A stretch of DNA of 64,000 bases from a cyanobacterium endosymbiont of Rhopalodia gibba (lineage in GTDB: Bacteria; Cyanobacteriota; Cyanobacteriia; Cyanobacteriales; Microcystaceae): NCBI GenBank assembly GCA_045159875.1, contig CP067995.1:1536001-1600000 (forward strand), written 5' to 3'. How positions within the stretch are numbered: position 1 is the first letter of the stretch; each line of letters begins with the position of its first letter. Below the pieces are notes generated by a model. The model searched no databases and was not told where the DNA came from. It saw only the letters and a list, made by a program, of their open reading frames with translations. The position numbers and the translations under genes were made by a program. Positions 1 through 12,171 of the stretch are shown piece after piece.

Positions 1-438
1 TTATTGAGATTTATGATGAATCTATTTGCTAAGTGTTAGTGTTTATGTGATCCCTGTTAAGTAACAGTAGATTACTATAATAACAGTAATTACAACAAAA
101 TAGAAGTTAAAATAACTGCAGATAAAAATAGTAAATTTACTTAAATAAAAAAACAAATTGAATTAGACTTAATATTCGCGATTCGTTGGTAGTTTCTTGA
201 CTTAGTAGAACTGATAATATTGGTAATATAGAAGTTATTAAAATCTTTAAGAATCTAATTTTTTAGAAAAATAATTAATTTTAGTAAAAAGAAAAAAACA
301 AAAAAACTTTACCAACTGAATAATAGCAATATTTCTATTGTTTTAATTAAAGTAAATGGAAAAGTTTTAGAAGTAACTGCAGTAAGTAGAATTTATGCTA
401 AAGTGACCGGATTTATTTTGCTTGTTGATTATCTTATT

Positions 439-981
439 TCAACTGTATTGCAATACATAAAATGTTATAGCATTATTCCCATAATATTTTTTTTGACAAA
501 TTTCTAACCCATTGATTGTCATTGCCTGCCATAATTTAGGATTGTGTTCTACTGCAATTTCTCCGTCTTTTTTTAAAAGTTTATAAGTTTCTATTGCTTC
601 TAAAACAGGTTGATACAATTTACTAGTATAGGGCGGATCAAAATAGATATGATTAAATTCTTGTCCTTCTAGGGTTTTTAGTCCTTTTAGAACATCACCT
701 TTAATAACTTTGAAATTCTGATTTGTCGTCGCAAATTTCTGCCAATTTTGCTTAATAATTCGACACGCTTTCTCATATATTTCAATACCTATGACTTCAC
801 TTGCACCACGACATAAAGCTTCTGCACCCATTGAACCATTTCCTGCACATAAATCTAGCCAACGACATCCGACAATTGAACCTTGCCAAATATCAAATAA
901 AGCTTTTCTAACTTTAGCAGAGGTAGGACGAGTTAATTGTCCAGGTAAAGTGGTTAATAATTGATTTCCATAAATTCGCAT
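439..981 (-). CDS. rsmD: 16S rRNA (guanine(966)-N2)-methyltransferase RsmD
   Basis: TRPTSAKVRKALF, LDLCAGNGSMGAEALCRGA and YFDPPY motifs. Confidence 0.93.
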   Translation of the reverse strand: MRIYGNQLLTTLPGQLTRPTSAKVRKALFDIWQGSIVGCRWLDLCAGNGSMGAEALCRGASEVIGIEIYEKACRIIKQNWQKFATTNQNFKVIKGDVLKGLKTLEGQEFNHIYFDPPYTSKLYQPVLEAIETYKLLKKDGEIAVEHNPKLWQAMTINGLEICQKKYYGNNAITFYVLQYS

Positions 982-1009
982 TCTAGTTAATAGTTAATTA
1001 AAGAGATAT

Positions 1010-1270
1010 TGATTAAGAACTACCGATAAATACAAAAACATTAGCTAAACTACCCAAAAATGTAACAATTATCAATCAATACTACATGACTAATAAATTC
1101 TTGACCATCTAACCATTTTCATGAATCATCGGTTGTTTTTTCTGATTTTGCTTGTCTTAATTATAAAATACTAAAATGCTGATCTAGTCTACCTAATTCT
1201 GAATGTAATTTTATCTAAAAAAACTATTGATGGCTTTTAAGATATTTTTAAGTAAGTAAATGACTGCAAT
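1010..1270 (-). pseudogene. Remnant of a small cyanobacterial coiled-coil protein with a C-terminal TM helix
   Basis: Minus-strand fragment WLDGQEFISHVVLI..IVTFLGSLANVF resembles the recalled C-terminus RLDNQEFINRGVLIGLIVAILGG; contains stops. Confidence 0.35.
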
Positions 1271-1290
1271 TGAAGCCTGACCTATTGCTC

Positions 1291-1911
1291 TTAATTAAGT
1301 AAACTCACAAAATTAGATAGGCTTTTTAAGCCATAATCTGAAGATTTTTCAGGGTGGAATTGCACTGCCATTAAATTATCAAAAGCGATTGCTGCTGTTA
1401 CCGTTTGACTCCCATGAGTAACTGTTGCTGCAGTAACACTTAGATCAAGTGGATCAACATAATAAGAGTGAACAAAATACACATAAGGATTAGGGGGTAA
1501 ACCTTGCCATAAACATAAATTAGGTTGAGTAAATTCCAATTGGTTCCAACCTATGTGAGGAATGCTAAGATAAGGTTCAGAACGAAAACGACGGACCTTT
1601 CCAGGAATAATTCCTAACCCTGGTTCTTTCCCTTCTTCAGAAGTATCAAAAAGAATTTGTAATCCTAAACAAATTCCTAAGAAAGGTTTTTTATTAGCAA
1701 TTGCCTGCTTAATAGGATTAACTAAATGGCGCGCTCGTAGATTTTGAACTGCCGGATCAAAAGATCCTACTCCAGGTAAAACAATTCCAGCAGCTTTAGC
1801 AATTGTGTTAGGAGAATCAGTGATTTTTGGGGTTATCCCTGCTTTTTCGATTCCCTTACAAACAGAGTGTAGATTTCCCATGTCATAGTCAATAACTGCT
1901 ATAAAGTCCAT
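1291..1911 (-). CDS. hisH: Imidazole glycerol phosphate synthase subunit HisH
   Basis: IDYDMGNL, PGVGSF, GICLGLQ and QFHPEKS motifs; ATG at 1911 preferred over the ORF-track start at 1929. Confidence 0.96.
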   Translation of the reverse strand: MDFIAVIDYDMGNLHSVCKGIEKAGITPKITDSPNTIAKAAGIVLPGVGSFDPAVQNLRARHLVNPIKQAIANKKPFLGICLGLQILFDTSEEGKEPGLGIIPGKVRRFRSEPYLSIPHIGWNQLEFTQPNLCLWQGLPPNPYVYFVHSYYVDPLDLSVTAATVTHGSQTVTAAIAFDNLMAVQFHPEKSSDYGLKSLSNFVSLLN

Positions 1912-2068
1912 ATTGTAAAAATTAATCAAATAGATGCTTTAATCCCATTCTAGGGCAGAAGAAACCATTACTAGGATTGTATTAACTTTACTTAATTTCA
2001 AATTCAGCTACCCAATGAACTTTCTAGTTCGTCGGAGGTTATTCGAAGATGTGTATAAAATAAAGCTA

Positions 2069-2100
2069 TTGAAGGAGTATTTATTCAAATACTCCTTCAA
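2069..2100. repeat. Palindrome, 14-bp arms, 4-nt loop
   Basis: TTGAAGGAGTATTT-attc-AAATACTCCTTCAA. Confidence 0.9.
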
Positions 2101-2950
2101 ACGGTAATTCTTCCCATAATAGCTAGGTTCTCCCGATAATTTAGTTATCTAATTAAATATTAGAAGAGAATGAAATAAGCTTGAAAGCACGATTAATTTT
2201 AAAAAATAGTTTTCTAATTTTTTAAAATATTTATTGGTTTCTATGTATGAAGATTAATTTGTTTACAAGAAATTTTATCATCAAGTAATCCGATATTGAC
2301 GGCAATTTAATTATTGCAGTTATGAATTATTTGTTTATGTCTTTATTTTTAATCAAAAAATATATTTATATTTTGATACTAGTTCGATATTTTAATTTTT
2401 TTTATGTATTAAGATCAATTTCGATATCCAATCAAAAATTAGATATAAAAAAATACTTAACTTAATTAGAATAACTTACTCATTTAGAGACACAGAAAGT
2501 GAAAGGTTTTAAAAAATGAGAACTATGAGTAGAGTAGAACCTAGTAATTTACCTGTAAAAAAAATAACATTAATTGATTATAAGAAAAAGTTTTTTTCTA
2601 AAAAAATTTAAAAAAAATCATTAAATGGTTTTAAATAAGTCATTAATAAGTTACCAATATTTTATAAACTACTTAAATAAGTTTACCAACGACTGGAACA
2701 ATTTTAATAACAAAAACTCAGTCAAATAAAAGTTTAACTGTTCTACTATGAACATATATTCTTGTATGAGTTAATTATCGGCAAGGTTTTTATTATACAG
2801 AAGGTACCAATTAATACTTTTATCTCAATGAAAATTGATCTTAACTCATTTTTATCAAAACTGTTAGGTTAGAAAACTTAAAATAAAAAAAATAATCATT
2901 GAAGAACTAATAGTAAAATTGCAATAGTAAAAGCGTTAAGTCAAGATAGT

Positions 2951-2990
2951 AGAGATAACAATTAGAATTATAGTTCTAATTGTTATCTCT
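2951..2990. repeat. Palindrome, 17-bp arms
   Basis: AGAGATAACAATTAGAA-ttatag-TTCTAATTGTTATCTCT; preceded by GT, giving GTAG at 2949. Confidence 0.9.
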
Positions 2991-4347
2991 TAGCTCAATT
3001 AATTAAAATATTGAGTTTTAAACTATCTCTTCTACCATTCTACAATCAAAGAGATAAATTTAATTTTTAAGTATTTTAAATTATTAATTTTCATAGTTTA
3101 AAGGCTTAATATATGCCCTTATACCAAAAGACTTTAAGTTGAATTAAATACAAGTTATAAACTATTACAAAGATAACCTAAAGAAAAAATATATGATTTT
3201 TATCATAAAATTACACAGTATTATATTTTATTTTTTATAATTACTGTTACTCCACCAACTATGCCCCTTTCTTTTATAAATAAGCTGTTTTTAACAGCTT
3301 TATAAGTTTTGTAAATAAGAGGACTTGTTAGTAGCGATTACGGGTGAATTTTTTATACAGTGGTACATTGGACGAGAATTAATAAATTCTATACTAGGAT
3401 TTTGTAGTGTTATATTAACATCTTTAGTAAAGACTTATACGTTGGCATAGATAAAAAAGACTTCTGTTTATTTTGAATTTCAATGGAATAAAAAAAAATC
3501 TAACCAATTCATATCTTATACAGGAGACATTTTAAACGTATAAAAACAATTTTACGAGAAGGTTTGCAACATAGAAAAAATCTGCAATTGGAATTTTTAT
3601 CTATTTATATAAAAACTATCCTGACCGAGAAAACTTAAACTTTAAGATAAATTATTACTTACGAGAAACCTATTATAGAAATCAAATAATAACATGTTTT
3701 TATTTGATTAATGAGACGGACAAGTACAGAAGAAAGTAGTTTAATTAATACTTGATTTAATACAAAACTAGCTGAACTTGGTGTTTTGTATAGTCCCAAG
3801 AAAATTTAACTCTTTGGAATACTGTTGGTTATAAATAAATTAACTGTCTTTAATTTCATTGAAAACTTAGAATTTTTTGCATAAAAGCTGATTTATTATC
3901 ATTAATTGTTTCTGCTCTTACTCCATCTTTGGAAATAGATGTTATTTTTTTTGATACTGTTAAATCTAATGGAATAGACTGACCAAACATAGTGCACTTA
4001 TGTACCATCGATAATGGTAATTAATATAGTTTGTCCATCATAAGTTAATTTTCAATTCAGAGACTGTTACTAAACGAAACTTTAAGTAAGTCACATAATA
4101 AGAAAATACAGTTTTTTTAGGTAACTTCTTGACTTTTTTACTTTAAGCCACTTAGATGTTTTTTGAGAATGTTAGTTTAGCGCAATACATCATACAGTTA
4201 TCTTAAGATAACTATTATAAATAGTCTCCTATGAATTCTTTCAAATGAAGAACAATTTGAGTAATTTGCCGCTCTTATTATCTTTCTCGAATTCAGAGAA
4301 AAATTTGTTAAACTTAGAAAATTATAATGGTTGACTGAATTCAAGGT

Positions 4348-5589
4348 TTATCTAAGCAATTGAGGCATTTTTCCGAGTAATCCTGTCATTAATTGTAAAG
4401 AGAACCGTTTAACTAAAGGAAAAGTATTAATTAACCATAATCCAAACCGACGCAATATCATTAATAACCACCACTGATTAGAAAATAAGCGATTCAAAAA
4501 GTCAGTAACCCACAATATGATCCAATTCTCGCTTCTACGCCAGCGTTCATAACGTTTCAACACCTTTAAACTTCCGATATCTTCTCCTTGTTGATGGGCT
4601 TTTTGTAAAACTTCTGCTAAAGCCGCCACATCCCGAATTCCCAAGTTTAACCCCTGTCCTCCCAAAGGATGACAGCAGTGTGCAGCATCCCCGACTAGAG
4701 CAAGCCTGTGGTCTGTATAGCGCTCACTTTGCATTAACTGAACCGGAAATATAAAGCGATCACTGACTAATTCTAATTCTCCTAAAAGTCCTCCAGTCCG
4801 TCGCTGTAACTGACTTAAAAACTCTATTTCGTCTAATTCTTTAATCGTTTTTGCTTGGGCATGAGGAGCTGTCCAAACAATCTGACAACGATTTCCAGGA
4901 AGGGGTAAAATCCCCATAGGTCCCGAATACCAAAATCGTTCAAATGCTATGTCATTGCTCAAGGAGTTATGTTTGACGGTGAAAGTAACACAAGACTGCC
5001 AGTATTTCCACCCTTGAGTTTTAATACCTACTCCTAAACGTATTGGCGACTTTGCTCCGTCAGCTCCTATCACTAATTTACTACGGATTTGCTGTAATTG
5101 TCCCTCCACTTTAACCTTTACTACGGCCTCTGTATCTTGATAGTCCACGGCTATCACTTCAGCCGGACATAGCCATCGAATTTCAGAGGAATCGGCAATC
5201 GCCGTTTGCAGGGTTTCTAGAATCACTTGATGTTCCCCCACATAGCCTAGATAATCTGTTCCAATATCGGTAGTTTTAAACTCAACCACCTGTGGATAAT
5301 CAGCATCAGAAAGGCGAATAGAATGAAATTTTCCAACTTTGGGAAGTATTTTTTTCCAGATCCCAATTGCATCTAAAATACGCACAGACAGTAGGGAGAG
5401 AGCATAAGCTTGAGGTTTGCTGGCGCCCTTCATCTGGACCTGAGCCTCAACAATAATGATTTTTAACCCAGATGTTTTGAGGGCTGTAGCTAAAGTAGTA
5501 CCAATAATCCCTCCTCCTACAATAGTAATATCGTAGTCTGCAGTGTGGTTAGAGAGTGAAATAGAGGTGTCTAGCTGATCGACAGTCAT
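4348..5589 (-). CDS. FAD-dependent hydroxylase, UbiH/Coq6 family
   Basis: IVGGGIIG FAD-binding motif, GADGAKS, LVGDAAHCCHPLGGQGLNLG; likely ATG at 5589. Confidence 0.9.
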   Translation of the reverse strand: MTVDQLDTSISLSNHTADYDITIVGGGIIGTTLATALKTSGLKIIIVEAQVQMKGASKPQAYALSLLSVRILDAIGIWKKILPKVGKFHSIRLSDADYPQVVEFKTTDIGTDYLGYVGEHQVILETLQTAIADSSEIRWLCPAEVIAVDYQDTEAVVKVKVEGQLQQIRSKLVIGADGAKSPIRLGVGIKTQGWKYWQSCVTFTVKHNSLSNDIAFERFWYSGPMGILPLPGNRCQIVWTAPHAQAKTIKELDEIEFLSQLQRRTGGLLGELELVSDRFIFPVQLMQSERYTDHRLALVGDAAHCCHPLGGQGLNLGIRDVAALAEVLQKAHQQGEDIGSLKVLKRYERWRRSENWIILWVTDFLNRLFSNQWWLLMILRRFGLWLINTFPLVKRFSLQLMTGLLGKMPQLLR

Positions 5590-5704
5590 TTTTAAGTATT
5601 TCTTCAGAAAAGTATTTAAAAACATATATTTTTTAATTGTGACGTGAATTTTCTTAATATGCAATGTCATTAATCTACATTTTTATTTAGGACAAAGTAT
5701 TTTG

Positions 5705-6700
5705 GCATTATGACCATAAGGTTAAAATTTAACTGCCCATAGAGGGTCAATGTCTGATGTTTAACGTCTGACTTCTACTAGATTAGCTACTCCGATTGTT
5801 AAGAATAGTTCCACGAGAATCCCAAAACTCACATTTTGGACTGATTTCAGAACAGTAGAGTTTTTTCTACTTCAGGGGGAATAACCAGCTATCAAGGAGC
5901 TATTTTTTTATTAACGGACTCTATATGCATCTTTTGGAAAGTCGTCAGGAGATAAGTTAAGGCTATTGTCAGCCATAATTAATTTTTGTTGTAAATGAGC
6001 ATAATTGCGGACAACAAGAGATATTTTGTATATTTCGTGCTGAAGACCTTGCATTTCTTTGTCAGTAGCAATTTTTATCGGCCGTAAAATCTCAATTTAA
6101 TTTGCTGTCTCGATAAGTTACTGCTGAAGGGACAAACATAAGTTACTAGAAGATATTCCCAAATGATCTGAATTAATATTCTGGTTTGCCAAAGCTTTTG
6201 AAGTTTTTTGTTGCAAAAGTTTGATTAAATTACTTTTGATTTCTTTAATAATCTCAATTTCTCAACTTTCATCTAAAAATCTATCCTATTCTTTAGAAAG
6301 TTCAATATTCACTGCCTGAAATTGATGTAGAAGATTTTGATAGCGGGAGGATTCACTTAAGACACTGACTACAATCGTCTTTTAAGGAGATAGCCCTAGA
6401 TAGTATTGTATGATAAATAAGTTTCTTTGATTTTGGTTTGAGTATCAAAATCTAAACTTCTTAACCAGTTAAAATATAGAGAAAGTTCTTGGTATTTCTC
6501 TTGAAGCTCTGTAAAAACTAGATTGCTGACGCAACCATTGTAATTTCTTTTGATTTTAACTTACTTCCTGACTTAATTGGAAAAATTGCCTAGTTATAAA
6601 CTTTAATTTCTTAGTCAACCCGAATATTCTCTTATTTATTGCCCTAATAAATATAAAATTGAGCTAAATGGGCTAAGATAAATTTTTTGAGTATCCTCAT
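5705..6700 (-). pseudogene. GumC/Wzc-type polysaccharide chain-length determinant remnant
   Basis: Fragments LSESSRYQNLLHQFQAV, LVVRNYAHLQQKL and a C-terminal TM GILVELFLTIGVANLVE; many stops and frameshifts. Confidence 0.5.
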
Positions 6701-7551
6701 GTTAAAAAGTCACCTCCATGAGGTTCTCTATTTTTAGGAGTTTAATGGTTGAAAAAACTTGTTTCCCTTAAACTGAATTATAGTACCCTAGGTAAGGATT
6801 TTTTTTGAGTTATTTTTAATAGAACTATACCATACACCATAACTTTTTAAAACCTCAATTTTTCTCACTGAATAAATTTTTATCTTAAAATATTTTTGTT
6901 GCTATTAAAGTCTTCTGATAATTTTTAAAATGTCCTCAATAAATAAGATTTTATCTTACCTTTCAAGTAGTTACTCTTATTAGTATTTCCAAAATCAGGA
7001 AGATTATCAATAGATAATTATATCCTTAGCGTACTGTCAATCTTCCTGGTTTTCTTTGAATTGTCTTTTCCAAATAAAAGCCTCCTCTGTTATTTTTATC
7101 TTTTAGGGGAATAATCAAGTTTTTATTACTATCGTTTATCGGAAACTTCCTCATAACACACTCACATTTTACATCAATATCAAACACAAGATTTAGACGC
7201 CTAAACATAGGTTATACTTTCTTGAATTCTTATTAAGCTAATCTATACTTAATGAATATTGTCTATATGAACTTATGGACAAGAAGCAAAGACTTTTCTA
7301 TTTATTAGGCTGACAATGAACAGCAAAACGAAAGAAATAGAAATGGTGATACTTTCAAGTTTTCAATTACAAAGATTTAAGAGAAATGGACATTTGCAGA
7401 AATAATTACTTCTTGCCGTCCCCAAATGTCTTTTTGGATTAATCCCAAATAATTAAAGAATCAGGCTCTTTGGCAAGCCGGATAGCACACTTCAGAAGAA
7501 ATAAATTATCATGAAGCATAGTTAAAACTTCGTCAATAAGTCGCAGAAATT

Positions 7552-8472
7552 TTAACTATGCTTCATGATAATTGTCAACATCTTCTCCCCTAATATTTTT
7601 GGTTGTTCTATCATAGACATATGACCACAATTAGCCAGTTCAATAACATTACTCCCCTGAACCTCAAAAAGAGGATGAAAACTAGCTAAATAGCGAACAT
7701 ATTTAGGCTCCATTACTGTGTCTTTGTCCCCAGCCAAAAAATAAACAGGTTGTTGCAAACGGGATACTATCTGGGGAAGTAAGTGAACCTCAGTCTCTGT
7801 TGTAGAATCAAGTAAAGATCCCAAAGCAGCTTGAGAATCTGCCTTAAGCAAATCTAGAACCCGTTGTCGTCCCCAACGTCTTTCTAAAGGACGGGCCATC
7901 ATAAGACGAGAGAAAACTACATCAATTAGAGGCACATAAGATAACCAACTGGGTCGATATTTGATTAACCGTTCTCCGGCTGAGCGGAACCGTTCAAATT
8001 CTTCCTTGAGATAAATTCCGCCCCCTGAATTTAGGCAAATAACTCCTTGAACAGTTTCAGGACAAATATCAGCCCCCCACAAGGCAATACTACCCCCCAA
8101 AGAATGGCCAATAAGCCAAGCTCTCTTAATGGCAAATTTTTGTAGGATAACACTTAAATCTTGAGCATAAGCCCCTAAGCTATAAGGAGAGATATTTTTA
8201 GTAAAACTAGGGGGGGCTTGCTGAAACGAAGTTCCCCAATCGATTACCCTGTCTCGATTTAAAGCTTTTCGAACTTGCTGAGAGTCACCAAACCCTCGGA
8301 GATCATAAATTAGACAAGGATAGTTAGGTGCTAATTGCTCAATTAACGGAAACCAATATTGACGGCTCAATAACCATCCATGAATAAAAATCAGTACAGG
8401 GGTAGATGCTTGAAAAGAGGTGGATGTTAGCTCATAGGCGTGAGAAATTCCCAAAATGTCGATGGTTGGCAT
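7552..8472 (-). CDS. Alpha/beta fold hydrolase
   Basis: FIHGWL, DLRGFG, GHSLGG nucleophile elbow, CGHMSM catalytic His. Confidence 0.9.
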   Translation of the reverse strand: MPTIDILGISHAYELTSTSFQASTPVLIFIHGWLLSRQYWFPLIEQLAPNYPCLIYDLRGFGDSQQVRKALNRDRVIDWGTSFQQAPPSFTKNISPYSLGAYAQDLSVILQKFAIKRAWLIGHSLGGSIALWGADICPETVQGVICLNSGGGIYLKEEFERFRSAGERLIKYRPSWLSYVPLIDVVFSRLMMARPLERRWGRQRVLDLLKADSQAALGSLLDSTTETEVHLLPQIVSRLQQPVYFLAGDKDTVMEPKYVRYLASFHPLFEVQGSNVIELANCGHMSMIEQPKILGEKMLTIIMKHS

Positions 8473-8618
8473 ATTTTTATCCTAACCTGATGAGAAGGCA
8501 TTTTGATCAATATGGTGATTTAAGAAAAAATTTACAATTTGGTGTCCGTTTAAAAACTACCCGAATAACTTAAATACAGTATAAATTAAAGAGAACATCA
8601 AAGCTTAGCCGTGTCGGC

Positions 8619-9164
8619 ATGGTCTTTTGGAAACGATTATTTAGTAACCCTTCTGATTCAGTCACCTCTGTCCTAATTTCGAAGTTTAACGGAGAACCTC
8701 TAGAAATAAAAGGCGAGACAAACAGTCAACGACGCATTTTCTTAAGTACCGAACGGGACATCAATCTCTACGAACTAGAAAAATTATGTGATGCTGTTGG
8801 CTGGGCGCGTCGTCCTTTACGGAAGGTGAAACAAGCCTTAAATCATAGTTTTCTCGTAGTTTCTATGTGGGAAGTTGAGAAAAATCGGAGGCGCTTGGTT
8901 GGATTTGCCCGTGCAACTTCCGACCATGCTTTTAACGCCACAGTTTGGGACGTGGTTGTCCACCCAAGTTACCAAAATAAGGGACTTGGGAAAGCTTTAA
9001 TCAAATATATGATTAAGAAACTTAGAAATAAGGATATTAGTAATATTACTCTGTTTGCTGATCCTCAGGTAATAGATTTTTATCGTCGTCTGGGATTTGT
9101 TTTAGAACCTGAAGGCATCAAAGGGATGTTTTGGTACCCCAACTTAGACATCTCCAAAAATTAA
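8619..9164 (+). CDS. ycf52: GNAT N-acetyltransferase, Ycf52/NSI family
   Basis: [47 protein letters not shown]. Confidence 0.88.
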   Translation: MVFWKRLFSNPSDSVTSVLISKFNGEPLEIKGETNSQRRIFLSTERDINLYELEKLCDAVGWARRPLRKVKQALNHSFLVVSMWEVEKNRRRLVGFARATSDHAFNATVWDVVVHPSYQNKGLGKALIKYMIKKLRNKDISNITLFADPQVIDFYRRLGFVLEPEGIKGMFWYPNLDISKN

Positions 9165-9216
9165 GATTTAACCCTGATGATATGTATGAGGGTTTTAGGT
9201 TAATCTTTGGTAGAGG

Positions 9217-9246
9217 TTGATGATTTTTAAGTATTTAGGCTATAAT
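9217..9246 (+). promoter_or_regulatory. Sigma70-type promoter of tRNA-Pro
   Basis: TTGATG (9217) - 18 bp - TATAAT (9241), 14 bp upstream of the tRNA. Confidence 0.6.
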
Positions 9247-9260
9247 GAACAGGCGCGATG

Positions 9261-9338
<78 letters not shown>

Positions 9339-9647
9339 AACTGGATTACTTGCAACTGTACTGCCTTTGATGTTCCATCACCTCTATGAATGTAGGTTTG
9401 TTATGATGGGATAAAGTTGGGTAGGAACTAGGTTTTAGCGAATTTCGTCCTACTGTGAGTAGAGAGCCGGTTGCCTGTAAAAAAACTTTTTAATCTCAAC
9501 TACCTCGAGTAGTAAAGTCACTATGAAAACAATAGATTTGTAAGAGATAAATCTTCTAAACCTAAACTTGTGCGAAAAAAATTAGTTCGTTTTTATCGTT
9601 TATTAAGAATATATAAAGTCAATTATAGAATGTGAGGTTAACTTCTT

Positions 9648-10412
9648 ATGAGATCATTCATCCGTAGCAGTATTACTCTAGGATTAGTTGGAGGTTCTGT
9701 TATGATTTATTCTTTGTTAAATTCTAGTCTGAGTGTTTTGGCATTAACTCCAGAACAAATTGTAGAAAAACTCAATCAAATCCCTGTATTTACTATTGGT
9801 AACAGTAAAGAAATACTATTGTCTACTGACAATAACAAAAAAACATTTGTCACTTATCTGAGTCATCAGGATGCTCAGCAGGTTGTTGAGCAAATCACTA
9901 AAGAAAATCCTGAAAGTAAGGTAGAAGTAATTACTATTCCTTTAGGTAAAGTTTATGAATTACTAAAAAATAAGGAAAAAAGTCAATCTCAAGAACCTCC
10001 TGATTTATTCACCTTTATTCCTTTAAAAAAACAACTCCCATCAGCTCTATCAATTCTTAAGCAAGAAAATCCTAGTGCTAAAAATTTTCCTGGAATTCCT
10101 TTATTTTATGGAATGATAAAAGTTGATGAACAAGAGACTTTTCTATCTGTAAAAGATGGAGAGAGAAGTTTTACTCCTTTTTATTTTGAAAGAGAATCTC
10201 TACAGAAATTAATCGAAAATATTAGACTACAACAACCTAAATTTGCTTCATCTATAGAGGTTAAAGTAACTCCATTGGGTGGAATTGTTTCAGCCTTTGA
10301 AAGTAACGACAAGAAACAAGAAGATTTCGTAAAAAGTGTGGTACTCATCCCTTCCCAAGAGTCAGCGAAGAAACTACTAGAAACATTTAAACAAAATCAG
10401 GAAACAAAGTAG
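9648..10412 (+). CDS. Tic22 family protein (paralog 1)
   Basis: Signal peptide ending VLA-LTPEQIVEKLNQIPVFTI; FPGIPLF and PFYFERE motifs. Confidence 0.85.
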   Translation: MRSFIRSSITLGLVGGSVMIYSLLNSSLSVLALTPEQIVEKLNQIPVFTIGNSKEILLSTDNNKKTFVTYLSHQDAQQVVEQITKENPESKVEVITIPLGKVYELLKNKEKSQSQEPPDLFTFIPLKKQLPSALSILKQENPSAKNFPGIPLFYGMIKVDEQETFLSVKDGERSFTPFYFERESLQKLIENIRLQQPKFASSIEVKVTPLGGIVSAFESNDKKQEDFVKSVVLIPSQESAKKLLETFKQNQETK

Positions 10413-10510
10413 GAATGAAAATTCCAGTAATGTCATTAATTTCTTAACACAAAAAACAATTGCCCATCAGTTTTTAAGAAGTATTAGAAGTATTAAATTG
10501 TTATAAAAAT

Positions 10511-11239
10511 ATGAAAACTTTAATTCGTTGGGGTGCTACTCTAGGATTAGTTACTAGTACAGTTTTATGTTTTGGCTTTAAGCCGTCGCGCTCGGCTTTT
10601 GCCTTGCCTCAAGAAGAAATTTTCAAGTTACTCCGTGGAATTCCCGTTTTTATGTTAGTAGACGATAAAAATGTCCCATTGGGAGGGAAAGTAGATGAAA
10701 AAACAGTGTTTACTAACGTTTTTATGAGTAAACAGAATGCCCAAGAATTTTTGCTCCAACTTGGAAAAGACAAACCCGATATTGCCGATCAATATAAAGT
10801 AGAACTTATCTCTTTAGGTGCAATCTATGAGGTTTCTCAAAAAAATTCTAATGAATCCCAGCGATTGGCACTTCAATATATTCCCACTAAAACTGAAGTT
10901 GAGGCTGCTAAGCCTATTCTAAGTGAAGATAGGAAAGAATATAGAGGGGGTGTTCCCCTATATATTCTTAAAGGAGGACCTGAACAAAATTATCTAACAA
11001 TCAAACAAGATGAGGAAACTATTGTTCCTATATTTTTTGAAAAAAAGACAATTCAACAAATTATTAATAACTTAAAACAACAGGAATCTGAGCAAGTTAC
11101 TAATCTTAAAATAGAAGTAATTTTACTGGGAAATTTAATTGGTACTTTGGAAAAAGAAGATAATGAGTTTTTTAGAAAAATTAGGTTATGGCCATCCCAG
11201 GAAATGATGAGAATCATTCAAGAAAATCGCCAAGATTAA
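10511..11239 (+). CDS. Tic22 family protein (paralog 2)
   Basis: MKTLIRWGATLGL signal peptide, AFA-LPQEEIFKLLRGIPVF, GGVPLY, PIFFEK. Confidence 0.85.
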   Translation: MKTLIRWGATLGLVTSTVLCFGFKPSRSAFALPQEEIFKLLRGIPVFMLVDDKNVPLGGKVDEKTVFTNVFMSKQNAQEFLLQLGKDKPDIADQYKVELISLGAIYEVSQKNSNESQRLALQYIPTKTEVEAAKPILSEDRKEYRGGVPLYILKGGPEQNYLTIKQDEETIVPIFFEKKTIQQIINNLKQQESEQVTNLKIEVILLGNLIGTLEKEDNEFFRKIRLWPSQEMMRIIQENRQD

Positions 11240-11247
11240 CGACGCTA

Positions 11248-12171
11248 ATGGAAAATTCGACAGGAGACAGTCAAAAAACTACTGTATCGGGATCGGAGCT
11301 AGCAACTTGGCGAAGTCAGGCTAAAATTGAGTCAATCGTCGCTAATATTTCTCCTGAAGAGGTAGATTGGTTACTTCAAGAAGTAGCAGAGTTAGATCGA
11401 CTTTCATTGAAGTTAGAATTATTTCGGCAGCGATCACAAATTTGCCTGAGATTTTCTTTATCTCACTTGGACCAATTATGGCGGCATCGTCTGAAAGATA
11501 GAGTTCCTATTCAATATCTTGTAGGTGTAACTCCTTGGCGTAACTTTTCACTGAAAGTTGCTCGTGGAGTTTTCATTCCTCGCCCTGAAACCGAGCTGCT
11601 TATTGACTTGGCCGTTCAAGCAGTACAAAAGAGTTCCGTCCCTAACTTAAACTCAGGACATTGGGTGGATTTGGGGACTGGTAGTGGCGCGATTGCAATT
11701 GGATTAGGGATGGTGTTTTCCAAAGCAAAAATCCATGCTGTTGACTATAGTAAAGTCGCTTTAGCTGTTGCTAAAGAAAATGCTAAAAACTTAGGACTTT
11801 CTTCAAAAATCCAATTTTATAAAGGATCATGGTGGACTCCTTTGGAAAAGTTGAAAGGTAAAATTAGTGGGTTAATATCTAATCCTCCTTATATTCCTAC
11901 GAAGATACTGTCTCAACTTCAACCCGAAGTCAGATACCATGAACCATATTTAGCCTTAGATGGAGGCAAAGACGGTTTAGAGGCAATCCGCTATTTAGTA
12001 GATAGTGCTCCTAATTATCTTCAGTCTGGGGGAATTTGGTTAATTGAAATGATGGCGGGTCAGGGAAAAAGTGTAGCTCAATTGTTGAAAGATTCTTCCG
12101 ATTATCATTCTATTGAAATATTGCCAGATTTAGCAGGAATTCAACGTTTTGCCTTAGCTTATCGGACTTAA
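11248..12171 (+). CDS. prmC: Release factor glutamine methyltransferase PrmC/HemK
   Basis: PIQYLVG, FIPRPETE, DLGTGSGAIA, SNPPY; likely ATG at 11248. Confidence 0.95.
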   Translation: MENSTGDSQKTTVSGSELATWRSQAKIESIVANISPEEVDWLLQEVAELDRLSLKLELFRQRSQICLRFSLSHLDQLWRHRLKDRVPIQYLVGVTPWRNFSLKVARGVFIPRPETELLIDLAVQAVQKSSVPNLNSGHWVDLGTGSGAIAIGLGMVFSKAKIHAVDYSKVALAVAKENAKNLGLSSKIQFYKGSWWTPLEKLKGKISGLISNPPYIPTKILSQLQPEVRYHEPYLALDGGKDGLEAIRYLVDSAPNYLQSGGIWLIEMMAGQGKSVAQLLKDSSDYHSIEILPDLAGIQRFALAYRT

